Shown piece after piece: positions 1 to 15,223 of a stretch of DNA of 64,000 nt. The position numbers were made by a program, and so were the translations under genes. A model generated the notes under the pieces. That model saw nothing but the letters and a program-made list of their open reading frames with translations. It did not search any database and was not told the origin of the DNA. Source of the stretch: the human T2T-CHM13v2.0 reference genome, Homo sapiens; NCBI RefSeq assembly GCF_009914755.1, contig NC_060938.1, one strand, 5' to 3'. The number at the start of each line of letters is the position of its first letter. Positions within the stretch are counted from its first letter, which is position 1.

Positions 1-1053
1 CAGGCAAGAGGAAGAAATAAAAGGTATCCAAATTGGAAACAAGAAAGTTAAATTATCTGTTTGCTGACAATATGAGCTTATACCTAGAAAAGCCCTAAAG
101 ATGCCTCTAAAAGGCTCCTAGATTTGATAGATGGATTCGGTAAAGTTTCAGAATACAAAACCAATGTATAAAAATCAGTAGCATTTCTATATATCAAGAA
201 TGATCAAGTTGAGAACCAAATCAAGAACTCAATCCCATTTACACTAGATTAAAACATATATCTAGGAATATATTATTTAATGAAGGAGGTGAAGATCTCT
301 ATAAGAAACACTATAAAACACTAATTTTTAAAAAGTATTAACAGATGACATAAACAAATGGAAAAATATTTCAGGCTCATGGAATAGAAGAAACAATATC
401 ATTAAAATGATCATACTGCTCAAAGAAATCTACAGATTCAATGCAATTCCTATCAAAATATCAATATCATTTTTCACAGAATTAGAAAAACCAGTCCTAA
501 AATCCATATGGAACCAAAAAAGAGTCCAAATTACCAAAGCAATCCTAAGCAAAAAGAACAAAGCTAGAGGCATCACATTATCAACTTCAAATTAGAAGAA
601 AACCTGTTAGGGAAAACTCTTCTGGACATTGACCTAGGCAAAGAATTCATGACTAAGACCTCAAAAACAATTGCAAAAAAAAAAAAAAAAACACACACAA
701 AATAGAAAAATGGGACTTCAATAAACTAAAAAGTTTCTCCACAGCAAAAAAAATAATCAATGGAGTAATTACTTGAAAAATCAGATAAAATATCTGCAAA
801 CTATGCATCTGACAAAGGATTACTATCCAGAATCTACAAGGAACTCAAATAAGTCAACAACAAAAATACAAATAACCCCATTTAATAGTGGGCAAAGGAT
901 GTGAAAAGACATTTTTCCAAATAAGACATGGAAATGGCCAGCAAGCATATGAAAAAATGATTAACATAATCATAGGAGAAATGGCAAATTAAAAGCACCA
1001 TGACATATCATCTCACACCAGTTTAAAAGGCTACTTTTTAAAAGTCAAAAAAA

Positions 1054-1331
1054 GGCCCGGTGCAGGTGGCTCATGCCTGTAATCCCAGTACTTTGGGAGG
1101 CTGCGGCAGGCGGATCACCAGGTCAGGAGTTCAAGACCAACCTGGCCAACATATTGAAATCCTGTCTCTACTAAAGATACAAAAATTAGCCAGGTGTAGG
1201 GGTATACGCCTGTAATCCCAGCTACTTGGGAGGCTGAGGCAGAAGAATAACGTGAACCCGGGACGCGGTGATCACACCATTGCACTCCAACCCCGGGTGA
1301 CAGTGCAAGACTCTATCTCAAAAAAAAAAAA
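1054..1331 (+). mobile_element. AluS (Sg-like), small deletion in right arm
   Basis: Dimeric Alu consensus with A tail, inserted in L1. Confidence 0.93.
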
Positions 1332-1818
1332 TTGATGTTAATGAGAATGTGGAAAAAAAGGGAATGCTTATATACTATCAATAGGAATATAAATTAGTAT
1401 AACCTCTATGAAAAATATGGAGATTCCTCAAAGAACTAAAAATAGAACTACTATTCAATCTAGCAATCTCATTATTGTTTAATTTACCCAAAGGAAGTCA
1501 TATTAAAAAGTCATATAAAAAAGATACCTGCACTCATAACTTTATGGCAGCACTATTCACAATAGCAAAGATATAGACTCAACGTAAGTGGTGTCCATCA
1601 GCAGATGATTTGATAAAGGAAATATGGTATATATATACCACATCTATATACATATATATATAATTATACATATAATTATATAAATGTGCTGAAATGTGTC
1701 CATATATACACATATTAATATACTTACATATATAGTTACATAAAGACACATATATCTATTTATATATAATTATATATATAAAAAGACACAAGGAAATTGT
1801 TATAGTAAAATACCTGTT

Positions 1819-1971
1819 TCTTTCTTTCCTTCTTTTTTTTGAATTTTTATTGGTAGGGATGGAGCTTCGCTATGTGGCCCAGGCTGGTCTCAAACTCCTG
1901 GCCTCAAGTGATCCTCCCACCTCAGTTCTCTTAAAGTGTTAGGATTACAGGTGTGAACCACCACATCTGTC
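1819..1971 (-). mobile_element. FLAM/Alu left monomer (part of a duplicated block)
   Basis: Monomeric Alu; TSD aaaatacctgtt at 1807-1818 and 1972-1983. Confidence 0.88.
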
Positions 1972-2189
1972 AAAATACCTGTTCTGTCTTTATATGCTCC
2001 TCACATTCTCTAGGAAGTTTTCCATTTTTATTACAGGGTCACTGGAAAGTGTTATAAATGCACTTTTGATACTATCTGGCATCAGATAAAATGACAATTT
2101 ATATATACATATGTACATATTATAAATATATGTTATATATTATATTGTATATTATATATTATTATAAATACATATAAATATATAATCTA

Positions 2190-2669
<480 letters not shown>

Positions 2670-3904
2670 TTATCATATCTTTTTCAGCAACATGGGTGGA
2701 ACTAGAGGCCATCATCTTATGAGAAATAACTTAGAAATAGAAAGTCAAATACCACATATTCTCACTTATAAGTGGGAGCTAAATAATGTGTACACATGGA
2801 CATAGAGTGTGGAATAATAAACATTTGAAACTCAGAAGGGTAGGAAGGTAAGAAGAGGTGAAAGATGAGAAATTAACAAATACTCATTATTTGAGTTATG
2901 ATTACACTCAAAGCCCAGACTTCACAACTGCATAATATATCCATGTAACAAAACTGCATTTGTACCCCTTACATTTATACAAAAAATATAAACTATTTCT
3001 CATGTGCTTATTATTTTCTTTGGGTATGGACATTAAATTAACCTCTTCAAATGGACATGATTTTACTTATGACCAATTGGCTTCGTAACGGTACCTGATG
3101 TTTCACTCTTACTTTTCTCTATTCCTAAAAACTTGAACTTTGTCTATATTTGTTTTCTCATTATTACTGCCATGACAAAGTTATTTGGAATCTTAACAGA
3201 TAAAGCCTTTTCCATGAGTGTAAATTTTCAGATGTTTTTTATAGGTATACTTTGGTAAACTCCCCTCCAAAAAAACATTCTGGAAGGTTTCTATAATTGT
3301 GACTATATCCTAGATACAGTAAGAAGAAAAGATAAACTCAGATTAAGTAAATTCTTGAGTAGCTTTAGCTCTAAGAACTTGTAACTTTCTCTAGCAAATA
3401 CTACTGTAATATGCTAAATTGATGGCAACCATTCTGCCACAGTGGTTAAAAATGCAAATAAGTTACTTTTACATGACTTGTTAGCACCACCAACCCCCTA
3501 CAAAAAGGGGAAAGACATGACTGAATGAAAGAATCTTAAATTTTAGATTACACTGTGAACATTATGAATCTCATAATGAAGAAACCCTACTTCTGAAACT
3601 TGTAAAACATATTGTGACCTTACAGAGAATCAGCAAGTCTTTAAAATATAATACTGTTATAAGATTGTATTTCTTTCAAATAGCAGTACACCACACTTGA
3701 CATGAAAAATCTACTTCTTACTATTTTCTTCCTAAGGCAAAAAAAAAAAAATGAGAAAACGTTGTCACTTTTGGATAAATACAGTGATGTCAGATATAAT
3801 AGTATCAAAAGTGTATTTATAACACTTTCCAGTGACCCTGCAATAAAAATGGAAAACTTGCTAAAGAATTTGAGGATCATATAAAGACAAAAACAGGTAT
3901 TTTA

Positions 3905-4045
3905 ACAGATGTAATCCTTGTAATCCCAAAACTTTAAGAGGCTGAGGTGGGAGGATCACCTGAGGCCCGGAGTTTGAGACCAGCCTGGGCCACATAACAA
4001 GGCTCCATCTCTACCAAAAAAAAAAAAAAAAAGTAAAGAAAGAAA
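3905..4045 (+). mobile_element. FLAM/Alu left monomer
   Basis: gtaatcccaaaactttaagaggctgaggtgggaggatcac... followed by an A tail. Confidence 0.88.
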
Positions 4046-6213
4046 CAGTTATTTTATGACAACAATTTCCTCCTGTCTTTAGAAAACACATCACTGGTTA
4101 GAATCTCTCAGTTCCAGGCATCCAAATTCCAAACTGACATACTCTTGGGGTGCAGATTCACATAACTGTGATGATGACCTGAAACAGTCTTTGACAAGCC
4201 AGAGAAGAATTCTACGCTAATAATTTTCTCTTACTTTCCTTGTGGTCCGAAGCTTACCAATCAACTACAATATAAACCCTGTTTAGCTTCCTTACCCTTT
4301 GAATGATAATGCCATATTTGCCATGCAGCTAATACAGTAATAAAGGAACCCCCACACCCCAAAAACAGTTTCTCAAAAGTGAAGAAATGTGTTAAGGAAG
4401 GAATAATCGAGTATGTTAAATACTTCAAATGCTATTGATAGACGAGATTTTGCAAACCTAGAGGCTTCAGACATACATTTATTTATTACCAAAGAGTGGA
4501 GAAAGTTCCTAAAACTGCACTTCAGATGACCCGGGTATAATGTCTGAGAGACATCGTAAAATGGGATTTTAACTTAGCAAGCTGAAATCTCATCAATTAA
4601 ATGATAACTTGTCTGGCCAAAGATTCTGTAAACAGGTGGGGATGGTCAGAATGAAATATAGCAAATGGGACGGTCAAAGAAACGGTATAAACAGTGTAAG
4701 TCCTGTGCTCTCCAGGAGAAAGACACTAAATCTGGGCATCTGACAGTAAGGATCTTCAGCAGACTCCCGCTTGAGGCAGGATGTTACACTGGCCGCACCG
4801 TGGCCTGGATTATACCTCTGTCTACAATCCACTTCCCTTTGCTTTGATTGCATGCTCCCCAAACAATTACCTGGCTTCTAAAATTCAACTTAATGCATGC
4901 CCTGACACAATACAGAGATGCTGTAAAGGCAGACATAAATATTTATATCATTGGAAGGGACTATCTTCCATTTATAAATTAGTAAACTGGTATACAGTTT
5001 GCACATCAGACTTTGGAAAGTTTTATTAGCTGAACTAATTCCCCTAATTTATTAGCATCCTGATGAAATTAAAATTCAAGCCTGGTAAAACTGAGGGCCT
5101 AGACTTAAGGAATGTGAAGCCATCCTGAGTTGTTTTGGTCTTCCCAAGTTATTCTCACCTCCCTTCTCAAACAACAACCAAATTTACGTACCTCTCTTAC
5201 AGCAACCAATCACAATCACGCAGGGTCCTGAAAAGAATTATTATTTCTGCTTTACAAATTAATATTTTGGGTGGTTAAACCGAAGTTTTCCAAATGTGGC
5301 CAAAACCAAAAGATTAATATCTTCCAACATCCTGATTTAAAAAAATGAAATAAGTATATCTTGTTCATTTTCCTTACTCCTAGGGCACAGAAATTATCTA
5401 GGCAATAAGATTAATATGGAAAAAGTGATTAAGAAATTCAAAAGAACAGATTACATTTTCATGTGTGAACTGCCTCAAGATAAAACTACATAGACTAGGT
5501 ATGTGTTTGCATTTCACTATGTTCTACCTCCTTCAATAATTGGGGGCTTTAAGATTCACAAGCTAGGTGCAAATTATTGCTAGTGTGACTCACTATTAGT
5601 GATGGAAATGTGTCATACCCTTCAGATATGCTGGGAAAGAAAAAAGGTCAAGAACTATTTTCTTTCATATACCCAGGTAAATCATAAGGGAAAAAAATTT
5701 TTTAACCTTATCAGCTTTCAAGAAGGAAGCAGGGATAGAAACTCCTTGAGAATTCATCATTTATTACCACATAGCTGAGACAGAATGTGAGACACAATGA
5801 GCAGATCCGGCTCTGTACAACCATATATAACCTAAGCCAAAGACTCCATGGCATTATCCCAAACACTTTACTGTTCTGTTGTGTCTACAACTTAGTTTAT
5901 TCTGGACTAGGAAAGGGAAAACTTCCTTATTTGTCAAGCTTAGTTTTTTTCTGGACTGGGAAAAGAAACACACTTGACTGTGATCAAATCTGTTACAATA
6001 TTTCCACCACTCTTCCTACCCCGTTGATCATTTATTTCCCTCATTTTCAGGAAAACATGTCATTTTTCTAATTCTACAAGATAAATGGCATGTGTATTGT
6101 GAGCTTGGGTATATGCACATACACACACATTATCATAAGCCAAATCCTACCACTTACAGTAATTTTCTTGACCCTCGATGTGGCCATTCCCCTGTAAAAG
6201 CCCAGTATCTTGG

Positions 6214-6688
<475 letters not shown>

Positions 6689-6727
6689 TAGCTCAAGGAA
6701 AATAATATCTTTAAATATTCCTCTTTA

Positions 6728-7570
6728 GGTGGGGCAAAGGACATGAACAGACACTATTCAAAAGAAGACATACATTTGGCCAACAAGCCTATGAAAAAGT
6801 GCTGAACATCACTAATCATTAGAGAAATACAAATCAAAACCACAATGATATACCATTTCACACCAGTCAGAATGGCTAGTATTAAAAAGTTAAAAAACAA
6901 CAGATGCTGGCAAGGTTGTAGAGAAAAAGGAATGCTTATATACTTCTGGTGGGAATGTAAATTAGTTCAGCCGCTGTGGAAAGCAGTTTGGTTATTTCTC
7001 AAAGAACTTAAAACAGAACTACCATTCAACTCAGCAATCCCATTATTGGGTCTATACCCAAAGGAATATAAATTGTTCTACCATAAAGACACGTGCACAC
7101 TTAATGTTCATCACAGCACTATTCACAATAGCAAAGGCATGGGATCAACCTAGATTCCCATCAACGGCAGACTGGATAAAGAACATGTGGTACATACACA
7201 CCATGGAATACAATACAGCCATAGCAAAGAACAAGATCATGTCTTTTGCAGCAACATAGATGGAGCTGGAGACCATTATCCTAGGCAAACTAATGCAGGA
7301 ACAGAAAACCAAATACCATATGTTCTCACTTATAAGTAGGAGCTAAACATTGAGCACACATGGCCACAAAGAAGAGAACAACAGAAACCAGAGCCTACTT
7401 GAGGGTGGAGGGTGGGAGCAGGGCAAGGATCAAAAAACTACCTATCAGGTACCATGCTTATTACCTGGGTGAGGAAATAATCTGTACATCAAACACCTGC
7501 AACACATAATTTACTATATAAAAAAACTGCACATGTGCCCCTGAAACTAAAAGTTTTTTAAAAAATAAAT
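6728..7570 (+). mobile_element. 5'-truncated LINE-1 (old L1PA/L1PB) 3' end
   Basis: ORF 6845..7153 resembles the ORF2p C-terminal CCHC region (YHFTPVRMA...CW...[12 protein letters not shown]); L1 3' UTR and A tail follow. Confidence 0.93.
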
Positions 7571-7794
7571 GTATCTTTTTTTGGGGAAAAAAACCTGGAT
7601 AATAATGCATTAGTACATTATTAACATGAGCATTTGAAGACAGAGAGAGATTCAGTGACGAAGATTGGCATATAGAACAGTCATATAGAAGGAAAGACCA
7701 GGAACAGACTTTCTGATTTTCTATTTGTTCATTCATTGCATGAAACCCATCAAATTTTAGTTGAAAATATTCTGTATATTCTGATGTATTCACT

Positions 7795-7910
7795 AAAATA
7801 CAAGCTCTATGAGGGCGGTGTTTTTTGGTCTATTTTGCTTAGTGTTGTATTCCTAGCACCTGAAATGAGCGGCACAAAGTAGGTGCCCAATAAATATTTG
7901 TTGAAAATAA
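7795..7910 (+). mobile_element. L2 3' end fragment
   Basis: aagctctatgagggc...ggcacaaagtaggtgcccaataaatatttgttgaa. Confidence 0.75.
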
Positions 7911-9659
7911 ATATTGCTATGTTCTAGTTAGCTGAGCATTTACAGTAGAGAACTCTTAGGGTCTTTTCCAGGCAGGAGAGCCAGTGATTTTTATTACCAC
8001 AGACCAAACTAGTTTTCAGATTTTCCATCAGGAAAGCAAAACATAGAGCAGGAGTTTTGGCAAATAGCAGGGATTGGAGAGAGAGGGAAGAAGGAGGGCA
8101 GGAGGAAAGGATGCAGGAAAGGAGAAGAGGAAGGGGTAATATAAGAATTTTGTATATATTCCTCTGAAGGAAATCTGAATTACAAGACAACTTACGTAAA
8201 ACGAAAATGCATATAGTATTAGGAAGCATATAGGGTCACTATACAACTGCACCCTTACCTTCTTACTTTTCCATCCTTAACTATTCTCCATAAACTTCCC
8301 TTACTCTTAAAGGCCTCTATCTGGTTGTCCATCCGTCCTTCCCAGGGTTCTTTTTCATTATGACTTAAGAAAACGTTACTCAGCAATCTTTTTCACCTTC
8401 TTTATCTGCAGACCTATTATCTGTCCTTCCTGGATAAGGAGAGGTAGAGGAAACTGTCCCTAGTACTGAGATGTACATGGGATGAGGCCTGCTTCTCTTA
8501 CAGCCTCTTCCCTGAATCCATTTCCTAAATTGTATCAGGAAGGGTCTCCAAAATTCTCATTCTCTCCCTCCAGGAGTAGAACTATCATCTAACCGATTTT
8601 CTACGCTCGTCTTCTTTCCTACAGAAGTCTTATAAATCCTGTTTAGGCCAGTAGACAACAACTACAGTACTTGTTTATGTAGGGTCACTTAAACATGTTA
8701 GTTACATCTTATAAGAAAATTTCAAAGCTGGACACAATCTAAGTATTGTTCCTACTTTATACAGAAATCAAATTTAACTCATTCCCTGCAAAAAATAAAT
8801 GTTTTAAATAAATAAATATAATTTTTGTTCTTAGTAATGATATACATTAAGCTGCTAACATGTAATGATAAGGCAAAATCGGATAAAGATCTCAGCAATC
8901 TACTAAATTTAGCATTATGTGTTATAAACACTTTAAAATTTCAGAAGTTTTTTGTAAGCTTGATAGTATGAGTTAGATATGAAGCTATTATATTTCTTTT
9001 CTCTGATTAAGAAATGTACTAATGAATTTTAAAGTAAATATGGTAATAATGTATTATACAGCATTATCTCTTTCAATAAGAAGATATTGGCCTTAACTAC
9101 CACTTTACTGAGCCATAAAACCTAACTCTATGTGTTCATTCTTTTGTTGGTTCACTGTTAAATCCCTAACACTCAAAACATTGCCTATCGGTTAAATGTG
9201 TAAATGAACAAACATTGACTATGTACCTCTTATAGGCCAGATACTGTACTAGGTTCAGGAATGCAGCAATAAACAAGACCCTGCTTTCATGGAAATTACA
9301 GTCTAGGAGAGACAACTACGTAAGTTAACTATTTAACCATAATTCTGATAAAAGCTATAAAGAAAAAGTATAAAGTATATGAAAATAAGACCTAATATTG
9401 CTTGAAAAATCAAAAGAGACTTTTCTGAGGAACAGATATTTAAGCTGGCACCTTCAAAAAGAGAATAGGATTTAGTAAAGGGAAGAGTAAAGAGAGAAAC
9501 TATTCCACATAGGTGAAACAGGATGTGTGAAGATCCAGAGGAAGCTAGGTGTGTATTGTCTGTCTTCCAAGAACTGAAAACAGATCAGTGAGATTAAAGA
9601 GGAGAATTGTTAAAAATAAGGCTGGAGTGGAAGGCAGAGCTCAGATTATACAGGGATAT

Positions 9660-10147
9660 TGTAAATTTTTAAAACTTCCTATTTTCTTGATGCCTCAACA
9701 TTCCCACAAACAGGCTATGAACACTATGTCTGGGCAATCAGGTGCACCAGTGTGAGAAGGCTGGTTCCTGCCACAAGTTCCCCTTTTTGTTATTCTGAGT
9801 GTGATCTAGTGACATTCAAACACTCCAATGAAACACTCTCATGCTTTTTGCTTATATACTGTACCCTGACCACCAACAAAGGCCCTTGTCCATAGGTCCT
9901 TCCCCCGACCCTCTCTCTCTCTGCTCCCCACCTGCTTGGGTGAGCTCACTCCCTGGGAGTTCCTCCCACATGCCCCCTGCATGGCATGCCATACCTCCCT
10001 CTTCTAGGACCTGCCAATATAATAAATCTCCTTCATTTTCATATGCCTCTCCATGGTGTTATTATTACATGTCCACATCTGACCGATCATCAAAAAAACA
10101 AACAAACAAAACCCAACCCATTTTAAGTAACATAATTATTCCTTACA
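9660..10147 (+). mobile_element. Probable solo ERV LTR (family not identified)
   Basis: TG...CA ends, AATAAA at 10021; interrupts L2. Confidence 0.55.
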
Positions 10148-10159
10148 ACACAACAGGAG

Positions 10160-10681
10160 AAAGGGGATCAGGATATGTCACCTCAAAGTATGCCACTTTG
10201 GCATAAAGATTTTGAGCTGAAAGCAACTGAGAGTCAACAGATGTAAGAAGAGTTCTTTGCCGTCCCCTTAACTGCCTAAAAGCAGGGCATAAATTATGCT
10301 TTGTGAAGGTGTTCTCCATACTCTGTGGACCAGGAAGAGGAGTGACTTATCACCGGAGATGGAGAGTCAACACCGAGATGAGTTTGCACAAACAGACCTA
10401 ACTAAAATAACCCTTATCCTCCATTAGTTCCCCCATGTATTTCCTAGTCACTTCCCCACAATTTCTCTCTTAAAGTCCAAACCTCCTTTCCTTTATTAAA
10501 AGGGTATATAAACTCCTAATCTAATTACCTCTTTGAGTTTCACTTTTCTGTGAATACTTATGCATGTAAACATTAATAAAAATGGTGTCTTTTCTCCTGT
10601 TAATGTCATTTGTTAGTTTGATTCACAGACCCCCATTCATTGAATATAAGAGGGTAGAGGAAAAGTGGGTCATCCCCTACA
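10160..10681 (+). mobile_element. ERV1 solo LTR, MER34/MER39-like
   Basis: ggatatgtcacctcaaagtatgccactttggcataaagattttgagctgaa start; TATA (tatataaa), AATAAA, and ccctaca end. Confidence 0.75.
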
Positions 10682-10916
10682 AGGGCCTTGTAGGCTGTGT
10701 TAAGGATTTTGGACTTCATACTAAGAGCACCGAGAACCAAGGTGTGACAATCAGATTATAAGGAAAGTACAGTACTACAGGTGGGATATGATTTTGCCTT
10801 TGATTAGAGAAGTTGAAGTGGAGATGGAGAAGTGGGTGCATTCAAGATCTATTTAGGATATATATATTTCTGAACAGGGTGACTTGAGTATGGGAGATAA
10901 GAGAAGAGTTCCAAGG

Positions 10917-11957
10917 TGTGATATTGATATAACATAGATTTGGTCTTTGTCGTTGACTCCTGGCACAGAGCTCCTAAAACCCTTAGAAGGCAGCTATGCT
11001 CACCACTGTACCATCAACACACCTAAGACCCTTGGAATTTCCTAAGCAATAAGTGTGATGAGGCATCTTTTCTTATATTTGGTTTTTGTCCCTGGCTCCT
11101 GAAATAGCTCCAGAGCGGTGAAGGTGAAAGTAGCATCTTGTGTCGTTCCTAACAAGCCCCTTTCAAACACACCCCAGTTTATGTTAATGAGGTGACTTTT
11201 GGAAAGCCGTCAAGAATGAGGGTCTTGTTGCCAGGAAAACAAAAATATAGTTAAGAGGGTTGGAATTTTCAGGTCCATCTCCCAAGCCCCCTCAACCTCT
11301 GGGGAGGAGAGAGTGGGTAGAGACTGAGTTCAACCACCAATGGCTAATGACTTAATCAACCATGCCTATGTAATGACATCTTCATAAAAATCTTAACTGA
11401 AGTCCAGAGGGCTTATTGTTGGTAAGCATATCGAAGAGCCTGCAAGGTGGCACTCCCCGAGTGGGCAGGGAACTTCCACATCCCTCCCCACTGGCTTGCC
11501 CCATGCATCTCTTCCATTTGGCTGTTCCTGATTTGAATCCTTTATAAAAAACTGACATATGTACATAAACTGTTTCCCTGAGTTCTGTGAACAATTTTAG
11601 CAAATTATCAAACCTGAGGTGTCATGAGAAGCTCCAATTTGTAGTCAAGTAAGACCAAAGTTGTGGGCAGCCTGGAGACCTGCCACTTATGATTGGCATA
11701 GGAAGTGGGGGGCAGTCTGTGGAACTGGGCCCTTAATTTGTGGGGTCTGTGCTAACTCTGGGTAGTGTTGGAATTAAGGTAAATTATACAACACCCAGTT
11801 GGTGTCCACAGGGAATTAAAGAATTGCTTGGTGGGAAAAGCCCACACATTTGGTGTCAGAAGTATTGTAAGAATAAAGAAACAGCTTTTCTTGTTTTAAT
11901 TTCCCCCCCCCCCAGCACAACCAGAATACAGAAAGAGAAATAGTTTTTCCATTTACA
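10917..11957 (+). mobile_element. MER21-family solo LTR
   Basis: tgtgatattg...tttggtctttgtc...tcctggcacagagctcctaaaaccctt start; cacacatttggtgtcagaagt near the end. Confidence 0.85.
10982..11020 (-). pseudogene. Tailless retrocopy of the 5' half of tRNA-Gly(TCC)
   Basis: Minus strand GTGTTGATGGTACAGTGGTGAGCATAGCTGCCTTCTAAG, 35/39 to recalled tRNA-Gly-TCC nt 1-39; 16-bp TSD at 10973-10988 and 11022-11037. Confidence 0.88.
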
Positions 11958-13062
11958 TGTGTTAGTAACTGGTAGAAAATGATTCCAACAAATTTCTAAA
12001 TAATTATTAGAATTTAAGTGTAATTAACTCAATGAATAGGTTTCTGGGATGACCAACTAGGTGGATGACAGTGCCTTTTACTCAGATGGGGAAAAGTGAA
12101 GATCACACTTGTGGTAGGAATGGGAAATCAAAAGTTTGATTTAGAACACGTTTAAGAAAAGATGTCCACATTAGCTATATGACAGTGGAACTCATAGCAA
12201 GATTTGGGTAGAGATGTAAATTAGACAGTAGATAGCATTTCAAGCCATGGAAATAGATGACGTTGCCCTGGAAAACAGTGTGGAATGACAAGAAAAGGTG
12301 GCCTATGACTGAGTCCTAAAGAACTTCTACTTTTTAAAGTCAGGTGCATGAAGATGAGCCAAACAGAGAAGAACAGACTAGGAAGGTTGTTAAAAAAATA
12401 AGCAGAGCATAATGACATGAAAGCCAGAGGAAGAGACGGTTTCAAGGAGAGAGGCAGGGAGAGACAGAGAGAGAAAGAGAGAGAGAGAAAGCTATTGTTA
12501 AGAAAGTTGATGAGAATAAAGGAAAAAAAATAGCTGAAAAGCATTTATTAAGACTTTAACATGAACTTTGGTGGAGTGGTGAGGATGGAAGATTGAAGAG
12601 AATGGACTAAGGACAGAGCGGTTAGAAATTATCTATAAAGAGGAGAACAGATAAGGCAGAATCTAGAACAGGAGAGGAAGTCTAGGAATATTTTTTTAAG
12701 AAAGAAACCACAGAGAAAGGTGACCTAACGGATGCTATGCTGAGAAACCAACCTTCCTATTCATTGAGTTAGTTACACTTAAATTCTAATAATTACTCAA
12801 GAATTTGTTGGGATTGTAGACTACCAATTACTAACACTTGTTGAGCAAGCAGACATGAAGGCTATGCTTGGGAACAGTCGGGTGGAAGAAGGAAAGTGAG
12901 GAAAGAAACTCCTGTGAGAATGAAAAGAGCTTCTGGTGCTGAGAATCTTCACTGGCTATGCATAGACTCACCCGTAGCAGTCCAACCCAGGGAAAGCTTT
13001 GGGGACCTCGGAAGACACACCTCTATGGGGAGCATGCTGCATTGGCTCCTGCTTTATGTAAC

Positions 13063-13422
13063 GTTTCTTAGTCCATTCAGGCTGATAAAACAAAATACCA
13101 TAAACTAGGTAGCTTACAATGAACATTTATTCCTCACAGTTCTGGAGGTTGGGAAGTCTAATATCAAGATGCCGGCAGATTTGGTTTTGGGTAAAGGCTT
13201 GCTTCCTCATAGAAAGTCATCTGTTCACTGTAACCTTAGCTGGTAGAAGGGGCAAGGGATTTCTTTGGGTCTTTTTTATAAAGGCACTAATCCCTTAACA
13301 GCCTAATTACCAATGCCTTAACGACCTAATCTTTTCCCAAAGGTCCCACCTCCTAATACTATCATCTTTGGGGTTAGCATTTCAACATATGAATTTTGGG
13401 GGAACATAAACATTCAGTCCAT
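13063..13422 (-). mobile_element. MaLR solo LTR (MLT1A/MSTD-like)
   Basis: Reverse strand begins gatggactgaatgtttatgttcccccaaaattcatatgttgaa. Confidence 0.85.
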
Positions 13423-14408
13423 CGGTGTTTACACGGGTTCCTTCATCAATACAAAAACCTAACCCCCAAAACTGTATCCGTAGGGTTCTTTGCATCAAAC
13501 ACATCACCAACCAATTTTGATACAGCCACACACCAGAGGTTTCAAAGATGAAACAAAGAATCCAGTAGAGTGAGTGGGAATGGTTCAAAAATAGGAGAAA
13601 ATGGGCATAATAAATGGAACGAAATCCCAGAGAATGCGGAGAGGACTGGGTTCAGAAGTCATGAGGAAGGACTGGCTTTCCAACATAATGGGGGAAAGGA
13701 TGTATATGGGTAAAAACAAGTTTGTGGATATGGTGGTAGGAAGTTGGAGGAAAACCTGACATTATTTTCTTTGCGAATCATGACATAAGGTCTTCTACTA
13801 AGAGCAAAGAAAGCAGCAGGCAGGCTAAAGGTTAGAAAAGAGTGAAAGAATGTATAAACTGTTTTTCACAGTGAGTCAGCTGACAACACAAATGAAGTAG
13901 GATGGCTAGGGAGGCAGAGTCAGTGATCATGAACAGCAGTGCTTGGTTTTGTGTGTTTCAGGTCAGGGACCTACCAAACCTTTCCTAATTCCTTCCGCTG
14001 CATTAAATTCTTTCTTTATTTGAGCCTCTAAAGCATTTTGTTCATACCTTAAAACCTGCTTTCTACTAGAATCTTGCTTTATATTATTTCATTTACCTAC
14101 CTAAATATAAAATCTCAGTGTAAACAATGGCTTATTCATTCTTGTATCCCTGAAAGCACTAAGCATGGTTCTTTGTGTGAAGTACTAGATTTTTTTTGCA
14201 TTTAGTTATTAAATATATCATATAAAATGGCTCATTTAAAAATGTGGTTTCGAGATTGACTTCATACATTATATAATCAAGAAAGATGAAAGACTCAGAA
14301 ATTAAAAGACAATTTTAAACCACAGTTAACCAAATTTATTTCTGCTAAAATAAGTATCCTATCCTGAAGGGCAGACATTTTTATCATCCTACTGCCTCAG
14401 AAACTAAA

Positions 14409-14749
<341 letters not shown>

Positions 14750-14817
14750 TCAATACTGAATAAACATCATCACCATTTAAAAGTCATATTCTCATTTGGT
14801 GATTTAGTTTAACATAG

Positions 14818-15157
<340 letters not shown>

Positions 15158-15204
15158 CAGAACTTTCTTTCTAGACATCTACTGCCATTATGAGAGTCCT
15201 ACAG

Positions 15205-15223
15205 TTTAATATAATTATTTATT
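15205..15223 (-). terminator. Distal poly(A) signals AATAAA + ATTAAA
   Basis: Plus strand reads tttatt at 15218-15223 and tttaat at 15205-15210, at the end of the repeat-poor tract just before an Alu. Confidence 0.65.

Larger units (their letters stand above)
9195..13950 (-). mobile_element. Long fragmented L2 interrupted by several LTRs
   Basis: Collinear L2-like pieces at about 9195-9659, 10682-10916, 12041-12700 and 13550-13950. Confidence 0.7.

Noticed and set aside
10982-11020. tRNA-like sequence as a functional tRNA or a retroviral primer-binding site
   Set aside because: Only the 5' half is present, whereas a PBS matches the tRNA 3' end and lies just outside the LTR; this one is inside the LTR with its own TSD.
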